The translations under genes were made by a program, and so were the position numbers. From the IMG/VR virus record IMGVR_UViG_3300033121_002101, positions 1 through 64,000 of that record: a stretch of 64,000 nt of DNA; one strand, 5' to 3'. The DNA is from a virus. Lineage: Duplodnaviria > Caudoviricetes. Of this stretch, positions 37,329-45,775 are shown piece by piece; position 1 is the stretch's first letter, and each line of letters starts with the position of its first letter. The notes beneath the pieces are model-generated. The model worked only from the letters and a program-made list of their open reading frames with translations, did no database searches and had not been told where the DNA came from.

Positions 37329-37876
37329 GAATATTGGTTGATGTTGATGGTGTTGTTGCCGATTTAATCGGCGAATTTTGTAAACGTTGGATGTATGGAA
37401 TAATAACACCAGAGATGATAACACATCACAAAATAGTAAAAAGTCCTGAAATAATTGAATTCCAAATAAAAACAAGCATTAATGTAGGAAAAAATTTTGA
37501 TGAGTTTATGAAAAGCTCACCGTACACTTTTGTTGAACGTATTAAAGGTGCACGTGAAGGAGTAAAAGAACTCATTAAGTTGGGGCATGAAATTGTATTT
37601 TTAACTTCATTATCAGATTATCCAGAGAGTTTTCAATCAAAATATGAATGGATTTCTAGTAATTTTGATAATTTGCCAGTCATAACGTGCCCATCATCAA
37701 TGAAACATTGGGTGCAAGCAGATGCTATAATTGATGATAGAGAAGATATTTGTAAAGCATTTGAAGATTCAGGAATGAATTCATTTTTGTTTGCGCAGCC
37801 ATGGAATTCATCTGAAAAAGTTCGTTACGATTGGGAATCAATCGTAGATTTTTTATCAAAGTATGACAATTTTTGA
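37325..37876 (+). CDS. HAD phosphatase, 5'(3')-deoxyribonucleotidase-like
   Basis: DVDGVVAD, LTS, K.EW, IIDD and QPWN. Confidence 0.85.
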   Translation: MRILVDVDGVVADLIGEFCKRWMYGIITPEMITHHKIVKSPEIIEFQIKTSINVGKNFDEFMKSSPYTFVERIKGAREGVKELIKLGHEIVFLTSLSDYPESFQSKYEWISSNFDNLPVITCPSSMKHWVQADAIIDDREDICKAFEDSGMNSFLFAQPWNSSEKVRYDWESIVDFLSKYDNF

Positions 37877-38321
37877 ATATCCAAAAGATTTAGAAAAAAT
37901 TAAAAAGTTTATAGAACACTCAAATATCGTTTTTACAAACGGTTGTTTTGATGTTTTACATGCAGGTCACATGAAAGTTTTAGATGAATCTGTTAGAATA
38001 TCTGATTCATTTTATGGAATTGTTATTGTTGGAGTAGATAGCGATGAGTCTGTTAAAAAATTAAAAGGAAACGATAGACCAATATTTGATGAATATTATA
38101 GATCATATCTTATTTCTAGATTAAGAGGAATTTGTTGTGTTATAATATTTGATACTGGCAGTTTGTTAAGTCTAGTTGAAACTATTTCTCCAAAAGTTAT
38201 AGTCAAAGGCTCTGAATATAAAGAAAAAGATTTTGAATCTTCATACGGAAATAGAAAAGTTACATTTGTTGAAATGTTTAATGACTTGCATACCACTAAA
38301 ATAATTGAGTTTTTAAAATGA
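37863..38321 (+). CDS. Heptose-1-phosphate nucleotidyltransferase (RfaE2/HldC-like)
   Basis: VFTNGCFDVLHAGH, DSDESVKKLKG.DRP, VKGSEY and HTTKII. Confidence 0.9.
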   Translation: MTIFEYPKDLEKIKKFIEHSNIVFTNGCFDVLHAGHMKVLDESVRISDSFYGIVIVGVDSDESVKKLKGNDRPIFDEYYRSYLISRLRGICCVIIFDTGSLLSLVETISPKVIVKGSEYKEKDFESSYGNRKVTFVEMFNDLHTTKIIEFLK

Positions 38322-39211
38322 AAATAGCATTGTACGGTGATTTTATAACAGATATTTATAGCTGGGCGTCATTAACAAGATTTTGCCCAGAGCAAGCAGA
38401 TGCACCAATTTATGATTTGCTGACAGATGATAGAGAATTTTTAGGCTGTGCTGGAAATGTTGCAGCAAATATCGCAGCAGCTGTTAGATTTTTTGATAAT
38501 AGTAGCGAAAATGAATTGACAATTTTTGGCTCGATAGGGAGATCTACTCTTGGGAAATTGTTTAGATCACCTATTATGAAAAATGTAAAATTAAATACAG
38601 AAAATGTAAAGTGTTACGATAATTCAATAGTAAAACAAAGAATTGTTTTAGATGAAAAAATTGCTTGCAGAATAGATTCATCAAGATATTTTTGCGGTAG
38701 TCATGATGACAGAGAAGTCACTGTTGGAAGATACGATTTACTCATTATTTCTGACTACTGTTTTGGCGGAGTTGAAGAAAAACTTTGCCGCGATCTTATA
38801 AATAATTCAGAGATTTCAGTTGTCGACACAAAAAGAAAAGACTTATCATTTTATAATGGTGCAACGGCATTTAAATTCAACAGAAGTGAATATGAAAAAT
38901 TTATTTCTGGTGAAATAATACCAAGTGACTGGATAGTTGTTTCAAAGGGCTCTCATGGTTGCTCTGTAATAGAGTCAAGCAAAAGAGTTGTAAGAACAAA
39001 TATGCCCGCCTGGCCAGCAAATGAAATAGATGTAACTGGGTGTGGTGATACATTTACATCAGTACTTGGTCTTGCATTGGCACATGGTAAAGGAATTGAA
39101 ATGGCTGCATACGCAGCAAATTACATTGCTTCAAAAGTTGTCTCAAGGTTTGGTCCAGCTGTACCAACAGGCGAAGAATTACTTACTGCTTTAGAAAAAG
39201 GAATAATATGA
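38318..39211 (+). CDS. Heptose-7-phosphate kinase (RfaE1/HldA-like, PfkB family)
   Basis: GDFITD.Y, R.CPE..AP, G.AGNVAAN, ISDY and DVTGCGDTF. Confidence 0.88.
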   Translation: MKIALYGDFITDIYSWASLTRFCPEQADAPIYDLLTDDREFLGCAGNVAANIAAAVRFFDNSSENELTIFGSIGRSTLGKLFRSPIMKNVKLNTENVKCYDNSIVKQRIVLDEKIACRIDSSRYFCGSHDDREVTVGRYDLLIISDYCFGGVEEKLCRDLINNSEISVVDTKRKDLSFYNGATAFKFNRSEYEKFISGEIIPSDWIVVSKGSHGCSVIESSKRVVRTNMPAWPANEIDVTGCGDTFTSVLGLALAHGKGIEMAAYAANYIASKVVSRFGPAVPTGEELLTALEKGII

Positions 39212-39390
39212 AATTAGCACCAGAAGTCATAGCTGAATTGATCGATGCCTTCATAGAAGGTATAACTGAACAAAAAGATATTTCAGATAGAATTAGATCA
39301 ATTGATTTAGTTGAAAATAATGATTCAAATTTAATTGATTTTTCAGATGAGTGGAAATCAAAAAAATCTCAAAGCCCAGTAAGTGAATAA
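39208..39390 (+). CDS. Small hypothetical protein
   Basis: Coupled ORF with SD. Confidence 0.6.
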   Translation: MKLAPEVIAELIDAFIEGITEQKDISDRIRSIDLVENNDSNLIDFSDEWKSKKSQSPVSE

Positions 39391-39392
39391 AC

Positions 39393-39575
39393 ATGCCTGT
39401 TTATACGTACGAATGCAAAAATGAAAATTGCAAAAAAACACAAGAATTGACAAGATCTATTTCTGAAAGAAATGATGAAGTCAATTGCGTCTGTGGTAAA
39501 GAAATGAATCTTATCATTTCAACATGCTCGTTTTCACTTGTTGGTAGCTGTTGGGCAAAAGATGGATACAAATGA
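39393..39575 (+). CDS. FmdB-family zinc ribbon protein
   Basis: MPVYTYEC....C...C.CG..M..IIS...F.L.G.CW. Confidence 0.85.
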   Translation: MPVYTYECKNENCKKTQELTRSISERNDEVNCVCGKEMNLIISTCSFSLVGSCWAKDGYK

Positions 39576-39832
39576 TATACTTTTTGATATTGAGCATATT
39601 ATTAAATGCAGTTCTTGCATTTTCTATTTTTAAGCTTTTTAAACGCTTAATAGAAGCAGAAAATTCAATGAATGATGTTAGTTCTAACATAGATTCTCTA
39701 GCAGAGTTTTGTGAATCACTAAAAAAGAAGTCATTAGCATATCATTCGCCTGAAGTTGTTGCTTTCCACAAACTTGTAGTTCAGGTATCAAATTCATTTT
39801 CAAAAGAAAAGGAAGCAAAAACAAATGGCTGA
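39551..39832 (+). CDS. Membrane-anchored hypothetical protein
   Basis: N-terminal TM followed by a helical region. Confidence 0.6.
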   Translation: MGKRWIQMIYFLILSILLNAVLAFSIFKLFKRLIEAENSMNDVSSNIDSLAEFCESLKKKSLAYHSPEVVAFHKLVVQVSNSFSKEKEAKTNG

Positions 39833-40505
39833 TTATTTTGGTCCAGAAGCTGATGTCAGTATAAAGTTTTTTCTTAACACCGTTGATCCTGAAGAAAAAA
39901 ATAGAATATTTGATACAGAAATACGACCAGTTTTTGAAAAATTAATACACAGTCTAATTTACGTCTATAGATTTCAAGGACTTGATGAGATACAAACACT
40001 GAAAGATGAGTGTTTGGCTCATTTGTATGAGAATGTTAGAAAGTTTAAACCAGATCTTGGGACAAAAGCTTTTTCTTATTTCAATGTTGTAGCTAGAAAT
40101 TGGTTTATAAACAGATCAAAAGAAATTAAAAAAAGAGAAAGAAACGAGTCTGATCTGCCAATAGGGTTGGATCACGAGCAGTTTAAAAATGACTCTACAA
40201 GTGGAAATTCTTCAAATTTTGAAGATGATGTAATAGAAAAAGAATTTTGGGTAAAGTTCTCAAAAGCTCTTGAAGAATGGCAAGACAATCCAGAAATAAA
40301 ACCGCAAGAAAAAAAGATATTAGACACAATTATCTTTCTATTTCAAAATGCAGATTTGATTTCTGTGTATAATAGAAAAGCAATTAACATATACATTAGA
40401 GAATTAACAAATTTAAGCAACAAACAAGTCGCTGCATCCTTACAAAGATTAAAAACTATGTATTTAAGCTTTAAGGATAAGTATGACAATGAAAATCCAG
40501 ACTGA
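39825..40505 (+). CDS. Phage late sigma factor (T4 gp55-like)
   Basis: YF, FEKLI, E....L....KF.P..G.KAFSYFNVVARNWFI (sigma region 2-like). Precedes the structural module. Confidence 0.75.
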   Translation: MADYFGPEADVSIKFFLNTVDPEEKNRIFDTEIRPVFEKLIHSLIYVYRFQGLDEIQTLKDECLAHLYENVRKFKPDLGTKAFSYFNVVARNWFINRSKEIKKRERNESDLPIGLDHEQFKNDSTSGNSSNFEDDVIEKEFWVKFSKALEEWQDNPEIKPQEKKILDTIIFLFQNADLISVYNRKAINIYIRELTNLSNKQVAASLQRLKTMYLSFKDKYDNENPD

Positions 40506-40812
40506 GCTTTTAACATTTGAAGATGTAGCTGCTAACATAATTTCTGAGCAAAAGGCTGATCGTGAAGGCTTTCTAGAAGTAATAAAAGGAATGAAACAGC
40601 TTGCTACTGAAAATTCTGAAACAAGCATCATGATGGTAGAACAAATTGTTAAAGCATATGATGTACTTAATAAAATGGCAATGGCAAAGCTTGGTATTGC
40701 AAATTCTATTTTAAAGAGCAATAAATCTGTTAAAGATGAAAATGAAAATGATGATGTTTTTAGTGAAATAGGTGATATAAATGAAAGGATGATAAGCGGT
40801 GGAGAACATTGA
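40483..40812 (+). CDS. Hypothetical protein
   Basis: Coupled ORF. Confidence 0.6.
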   Translation: MTMKIQTELLTFEDVAANIISEQKADREGFLEVIKGMKQLATENSETSIMMVEQIVKAYDVLNKMAMAKLGIANSILKSNKSVKDENENDDVFSEIGDINERMISGGEH

Positions 40813-40987
40813 TTTATCATCTGTACAGACAAGCGAGCTTAAAAGAAGATTAGATTCTTTGTTAAAAGAGTATGATACAGTCATGGCTTCTGCTATGAAA
40901 AATCTTCTTAAACTTGAAAAGCTTAGAGAAGAAATGTCAAATCCAATATCTGAACTTTCAAGAAGAGAAGCAGATGGTGAAAAATGA
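40799..40987 (+). CDS. Hypothetical protein
   Basis: Coupled ORF. Confidence 0.55.
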   Translation: MENIDLSSVQTSELKRRLDSLLKEYDTVMASAMKNLLKLEKLREEMSNPISELSRREADGEK

Positions 40988-41601
40988 CAAATAACTCAGG
41001 CGAGTCTATACGCAGGCCAGAACTTGTTCTTGGTGACCTGCTAAAAAAACATGCAAGAGGAGAGATAGTAACATCTGACTTTTTGCCTAAAATATTGTAC
41101 AGGGCTGTTGTGCTTGCCGTAGATGTAGAAGGTGGTAAGCTGTCTGGCGCAAATATTGGTAATGACACTGTAAACGGCGTAGGAGTTGATGGCCGCGAAA
41201 GAGATTATACAAGAATCTCAGGGCCAAGCAATCCAAGAGGAAGTATAAAAGCAATAGTTATAGATTCTGCAAGAGATTCATTTTATGATGAAGATAGTGC
41301 TAGAATCTTGTGGCCATTTTTTCCAAATGACCAAATGTCATTGCCAGTTTCTCCAGGAGAGCATGTATATTGTATATTTGAAGATGAATTAATGGAGCAC
41401 GGATTGTGGGTGTGTAGAGTTTCTGGTCATGATACTGCGAACGTATCAAAAGGTGCTGATTTTTTGTCTGGAGATAAAAAGCAGCTTAATGATTTGTTCT
41501 CTGGTGAAAAATCTAAAACAGAAATAAGAACATCTGATGATGTTTCTACAAGAATTAAACCATCTAGAAAAAGATTGGTAAAACTGTTTAATGGCGAGTA
41601 A
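40984..41601 (+). CDS. Baseplate spike/hub N-terminal (gp5 OB-like) protein
   Basis: AVV..V, GSIKA and WPFFP....LPV.PGEHVY. Position upstream of gp25 fits. Confidence 0.55.
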   Translation: MTNNSGESIRRPELVLGDLLKKHARGEIVTSDFLPKILYRAVVLAVDVEGGKLSGANIGNDTVNGVGVDGRERDYTRISGPSNPRGSIKAIVIDSARDSFYDEDSARILWPFFPNDQMSLPVSPGEHVYCIFEDELMEHGLWVCRVSGHDTANVSKGADFLSGDKKQLNDLFSGEKSKTEIRTSDDVSTRIKPSRKRLVKLFNGE

Positions 41602-42160
41602 TGTACCAATAGAAAAAATTCCAAGGTTCAAGCAAAGAGTCGGTGATACTGTTCTTGCTGGGCCTAGCAATTCTATTGTGGTTTTGGGTAGAGACAGATC
41701 AAAAGATGGATCAGATGATATGTCTGCTGCTAATGACGCAGGTTCTGTTTCTATAGTTGCGGGCAGAAAAACAGAAGGATTTGATCCTGAAATAGATGCT
41801 GCATCTGTTTACATTTGTGCATTGACAGATGTTGATAATACATTTAAAGGTACTTTAGAAACAGGAGAAGTTGGTTCTGCTGTTGTTTCGTTAGGTGATT
41901 CTGTAAGAATAAAAGCTAGAAATAGCGTAATAATAGTATGCGGTAGCAGTACAATAAAGATTACAAGTGACGGTAAAATCACAATAGATGGTGATGTTGA
42001 AATAGGCAAAGATGCAATAAGCAGAGCTGTCAAAGAGGCTGCAGTTGATTATCTTTTGACACATACGCATGCAGTACCAACAGGTGGTGGAATATCTGGT
42101 CCACCTACACCAACTGCATCGAGAGAATCTTTTTTGTCTAATAACTGCAAGCTAAAATAA
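41591..42160 (+). CDS. Baseplate central spike (gpV/gp5 C-terminal-like)
   Basis: Beta-helix-like strands and terminal THTH..P..GG.SGPP metal-binding tip. Confidence 0.7.
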   Translation: MASNVPIEKIPRFKQRVGDTVLAGPSNSIVVLGRDRSKDGSDDMSAANDAGSVSIVAGRKTEGFDPEIDAASVYICALTDVDNTFKGTLETGEVGSAVVSLGDSVRIKARNSVIIVCGSSTIKITSDGKITIDGDVEIGKDAISRAVKEAAVDYLLTHTHAVPTGGGISGPPTPTASRESFLSNNCKLK

Positions 42161-42178
42161 TGTAAAGAAAGTAAATCA

Positions 42179-42589
42179 TTGCACAGCTACTTATGTGCAG
42201 TGCCGTACAATTTTACATTACCTTTTAGTTTGTCTACTGGTTCAGGTGGTTATTTTGAAGTAACAAATGACGTATTGTCAGCTACTGCTTCAAATATAAG
42301 ATCTGTACTTGTAACTAATTGGGGCGAAAGGCCAATGCATTATCGCTTTGGATGCAACCTCAAAGAATTTCTATTTGAAAATAGAAGTGATCAGTTAAGA
42401 AGAAGAATAGCTGATAGAATTTTGAAGCAAATAAATGAATGGATGCCATTTATTGTAATATCTGAAATGGATATTTTGTTTTCATCAGATAATGCTTCAA
42501 TTGGTGAAAATGCTATAGGAATATATCTCGTGTTTAGATTTTCTGAAAATGAAGAACTCGCTTCGAGCATTTCATTGATTGTAGGGTGA
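42179..42589 (+). CDS. Baseplate protein gp25-like (true start probably GTG, MPYNF)
   Basis: SNIRSVLVTNWGERPM.YRFGCNL..FLFE and I.EWMP. Confidence 0.9.
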   Translation: MHSYLCAVPYNFTLPFSLSTGSGGYFEVTNDVLSATASNIRSVLVTNWGERPMHYRFGCNLKEFLFENRSDQLRRRIADRILKQINEWMPFIVISEMDILFSSDNASIGENAIGIYLVFRFSENEELASSISLIVG

Positions 42590-42596
42590 GGATTAA

Positions 42597-44414
42597 ATGG
42601 CTAGAAATATAGAAAAAACTAGATCTACGTCGCTTTTGAATAAAGATTTTGATTCTTTCAAAAAAGATGCGATAAGATTTATGGATGCGTATGCATCTGG
42701 AAGTATTGTAGATAAAAGCACACCATCAAGTGCAATGGTTTTAATAGAATTGATGGCTTTTATTGGAGATACACTAGCGTTTGGAATAGACCAATCATTT
42801 AATGAACTTAGAGAAGATACGTCTTCTCAAGTAGAGAACGTTGTTGAGTTTGCAAGAATGAGGGGTTATAAAGTAAAAGGAAAAACACCTGCTAGAGGAA
42901 AGCTTCCAATAATGATAGAAGTTCCTGCAGCTGTTGTTTCTGGGTCTGTTGTCCCAGATCCTCTTTATCTACCGACACTACCAAAGGGCGCGCAAGCACA
43001 ATCAAAAAATGGCGTTTTATTTGAAACACTTGAAGAAATAGACTATTCAAATTCAACTGGAAGAGATGTCACTGGATCACTTTTTAATTCAAGCGGAATT
43101 CCAACATATTTCGCTGTAAGAAAATCAGCTGAAATTATATCTGGACAAACAAAAACAGAGTCTTTTTCAATAACAGACTTTAAGCAATTTAGGACAATAG
43201 AACTGTCAGATCAGGATGTCACCGAGATCATCTCTGTTGTTGACAGCGACAACAATGAATGGGTTGAAGTGGAATACCTTGCCAACGATTGGGTGTTCAG
43301 CGCCGACTCTAATGAAACGTCTGATGCAGAAGATGTTCCATATGTTTTGAAAGTAGTAGCTGCACCCCGTAGATTCATTTCTAAATGGAATCCAGTTACA
43401 AAAAAGACGACTATTACATTTGGTTCTGGTGATGGTATTAGTTCTGATGATGAATTAATACCAAATGTCGCTGACTATTCAATACCTCTTTATGGTAAGA
43501 GAACTATTTCAAGCGTCCCAATTGATCCAAGAAACTTCTTAAAAACAAGAACACTTGGAATGAGTCCATTTAATACAACATTAACTGTTACATATAGATC
43601 TGGCGGTGGTAAAGATGGAAATGTCGAGCCGGGTTCTATAGATTCAATGGTGAAAGCTGATTTGTCTTTTGCAACAACAAATTTGGATTCTATAAAAAAA
43701 GGTGATATCGAATCATCTATACAATGTTTCAATACAGACAGAACAGATGGCGGCGCTGAAGAAGAAACTGTAAAAGAAATAAAAGCCAATTCAGCAGCAT
43801 TCTTTTCAGCTCAAGACAGATGTGTGACAAGAGATGATATGATTGCCCGTGTTCTTTCACTGCCAGCTAAATTTGGTAAGCCTGCAAAAGTTTTCGCAAA
43901 AACATCAAGACAAAATGATGGTTCTGTAGACATATATATGCTTGCAAAAAACTCTGAAGGTCATTTTATTTCTCCTTCTAACACACTGAGAAATAACGTT
44001 GCAACTTATATCAACAAGTACAGAATGCTGACTGATGGTTTTAACATTTTTAATGGAAATGTTATAAACATGAGGTGTAGATTTGGAATAGTTGTTTCTC
44101 CATCATTTAATAAAAGTGAAACAATTTCTAGATGTATAAGTGCTCTTAAAAAATATTTTGACAGTGATTTAGCACAGATTGGGCAACCAATAGTGCTGTC
44201 AAATGTTATATCAACAATTGATGATGTTGAAGGTGTCGTGTCAGTATACGAATTAAACATGACGAACGTTTTTGGTACAATTGATGGTTTACAATATTCA
44301 TCTACTAGGTTTGATTTTGAAAGTGCAACAAAAAACGGAATGATAATTTGTCCAGATAATTCTTTGATAGAATTACGTTATCCAAGAAGAGATATTGTTG
44401 GAGTTGCTAAATGA
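42597..44414 (+). CDS. Baseplate wedge subunit (T4 gp6/gpJ-like)
   Basis: KDFDSFK, LIELMAFIGD.L, GYK, ITFGSG, GG.EEET..EIK and QDRCVTRDD. Confidence 0.9.
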   Translation: MARNIEKTRSTSLLNKDFDSFKKDAIRFMDAYASGSIVDKSTPSSAMVLIELMAFIGDTLAFGIDQSFNELREDTSSQVENVVEFARMRGYKVKGKTPARGKLPIMIEVPAAVVSGSVVPDPLYLPTLPKGAQAQSKNGVLFETLEEIDYSNSTGRDVTGSLFNSSGIPTYFAVRKSAEIISGQTKTESFSITDFKQFRTIELSDQDVTEIISVVDSDNNEWVEVEYLANDWVFSADSNETSDAEDVPYVLKVVAAPRRFISKWNPVTKKTTITFGSGDGISSDDELIPNVADYSIPLYGKRTISSVPIDPRNFLKTRTLGMSPFNTTLTVTYRSGGGKDGNVEPGSIDSMVKADLSFATTNLDSIKKGDIESSIQCFNTDRTDGGAEEETVKEIKANSAAFFSAQDRCVTRDDMIARVLSLPAKFGKPAKVFAKTSRQNDGSVDIYMLAKNSEGHFISPSNTLRNNVATYINKYRMLTDGFNIFNGNVINMRCRFGIVVSPSFNKSETISRCISALKKYFDSDLAQIGQPIVLSNVISTIDDVEGVVSVYELNMTNVFGTIDGLQYSSTRFDFESATKNGMIICPDNSLIELRYPRRDIVGVAK

Positions 44415-45775
44415 TATACAGAATTTATCCAGATAAAGATACATTTATATCGAATGCTGTTGTTGCAAGTGTGCAGCAAACAGGCTCAAATTATGGATAT
44501 GCTGAATCACTTGAAGTTTTTAAAATTGCTGGTGTGTCAGGTGCGCAAAGTGTGCTGTCTGGATCGCAGCTGTCAAGAATATTAATACATTTTCAGACAG
44601 CATCACTTGATAATTTCTTGTCTACAAATCCTGTTTCATCTGCTGCAAAGTCATATAGACTTTTTATGCAACATGAAACGACAGGTGATGGTTTACCACA
44701 AGCATTTACATTAAGAGTTAGAGCAGTATCTGGTTCATGGCTTGAAGGAAGAGGAATTGACACAGTAGACAGGTCTGATTATGGTGTTGCAAACTGGTGG
44801 AAATTTGATTCTTCAAATTTTTGGGTACAGAGGGGTGGAGATTGTTATGCAAGTCCAGACCTGTCTCAAACATTTGATATAGGTGATGAGAATTTAGATC
44901 TTGATGTAACAGATGCATTTAACTTATGGTCATCAGGTACAAGGAATGATGGCTTTTGTATATCACTTGCGTCTGCACATGAGAGTGACACTGTATATGA
45001 TGATTTTTACAAAAAAAGCTTTTACAGCAGACACACACAGTGGGATGAAAGAAAGCCATATGTTGAAGTTAGATGGAATGACTTCATAGGTGATGATAGA
45101 AGCAAAATGACTTGGGGAATGACAGGGTCATTGTTCTTGCATAACATAGTAGATGGACAATACACTGCATTATCAATAGGTCAATCAGCATTAATCGTTT
45201 CAATTTCAGATTTATCAGGAACAATAACAAGAGTCACAGCGTCTGCAACACAACTTGTTGGAATATACAGCGCAAGCATTTGCCTACCAAGTGCATCATA
45301 TTCAGGTTCAATTTTTTATGACTCATGGGGTTCTGGTTCATTTGCTTTTATGACAGGCTCTTTTACTTTTAAAAGTAAAACAGCGTATAAATCTTCTCAA
45401 ACGCAACAGTATACAGTAAACGTACCGAACATTAGAGAATTTTATGATGCTGAAGAAGTAGTTAGATTCAACGTCAACATAAGAAGCAGGTCATATAGAC
45501 AAGGTGTTGTTGCAACTGCATCACTTAGAGTTACACCAGATATTGTAGAAAAATGCTACTATTCTATAGAAAATGAGTCTACTAGAAGAAAAGTCATTCC
45601 TTTTGGCACAGGTTCACAACAGCATACAAGACTTTCGTATGATGAAAATGGAAACTATTTCATGTTTCCAATGACAAATTTACATTCAGGTGAAGTTTAT
45701 AGATTATATGTTTTAGTTGACAGGGATGGCCAGAGACAAATTATCGATTGCAATTCTAAATTTAGGGTAAAATGA
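44411..45775 (+). CDS. Virion structural protein (DNRLRE/TGF-beta-propeptide-like beta-sandwich plus Ig-like domains)
   Basis: KDTFI...NYG..E.L.V, SRILIHF, W.EG.G, DVT, N.GF and FYSR...PY.EVRW. Located in the baseplate module. Confidence 0.65.
   Translation: MIYRIYPDKDTFISNAVVASVQQTGSNYGYAESLEVFKIAGVSGAQSVLSGSQLSRILIHFQTASLDNFLSTNPVSSAAKSYRLFMQHETTGDGLPQAFTLRVRAVSGSWLEGRGIDTVDRSDYGVANWWKFDSSNFWVQRGGDCYASPDLSQTFDIGDENLDLDVTDAFNLWSSGTRNDGFCISLASAHESDTVYDDFYKKSFYSRHTQWDERKPYVEVRWNDFIGDDRSKMTWGMTGSLFLHNIVDGQYTALSIGQSALIVSISDLSGTITRVTASATQLVGIYSASICLPSASYSGSIFYDSWGSGSFAFMTGSFTFKSKTAYKSSQTQQYTVNVPNIREFYDAEEVVRFNVNIRSRSYRQGVVATASLRVTPDIVEKCYYSIENESTRRKVIPFGTGSQQHTRLSYDENGNYFMFPMTNLHSGEVYRLYVLVDRDGQRQIIDCNSKFRVK

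Noticed and set aside
21847-39211. Bacterial LPS/O-antigen locus (window as host chromosome)
   Set aside because: There is no flippase, polymerase, Und-P transferase or housekeeping gene, and the island is continuous in strand and composition with the phage sigma and baseplate genes.
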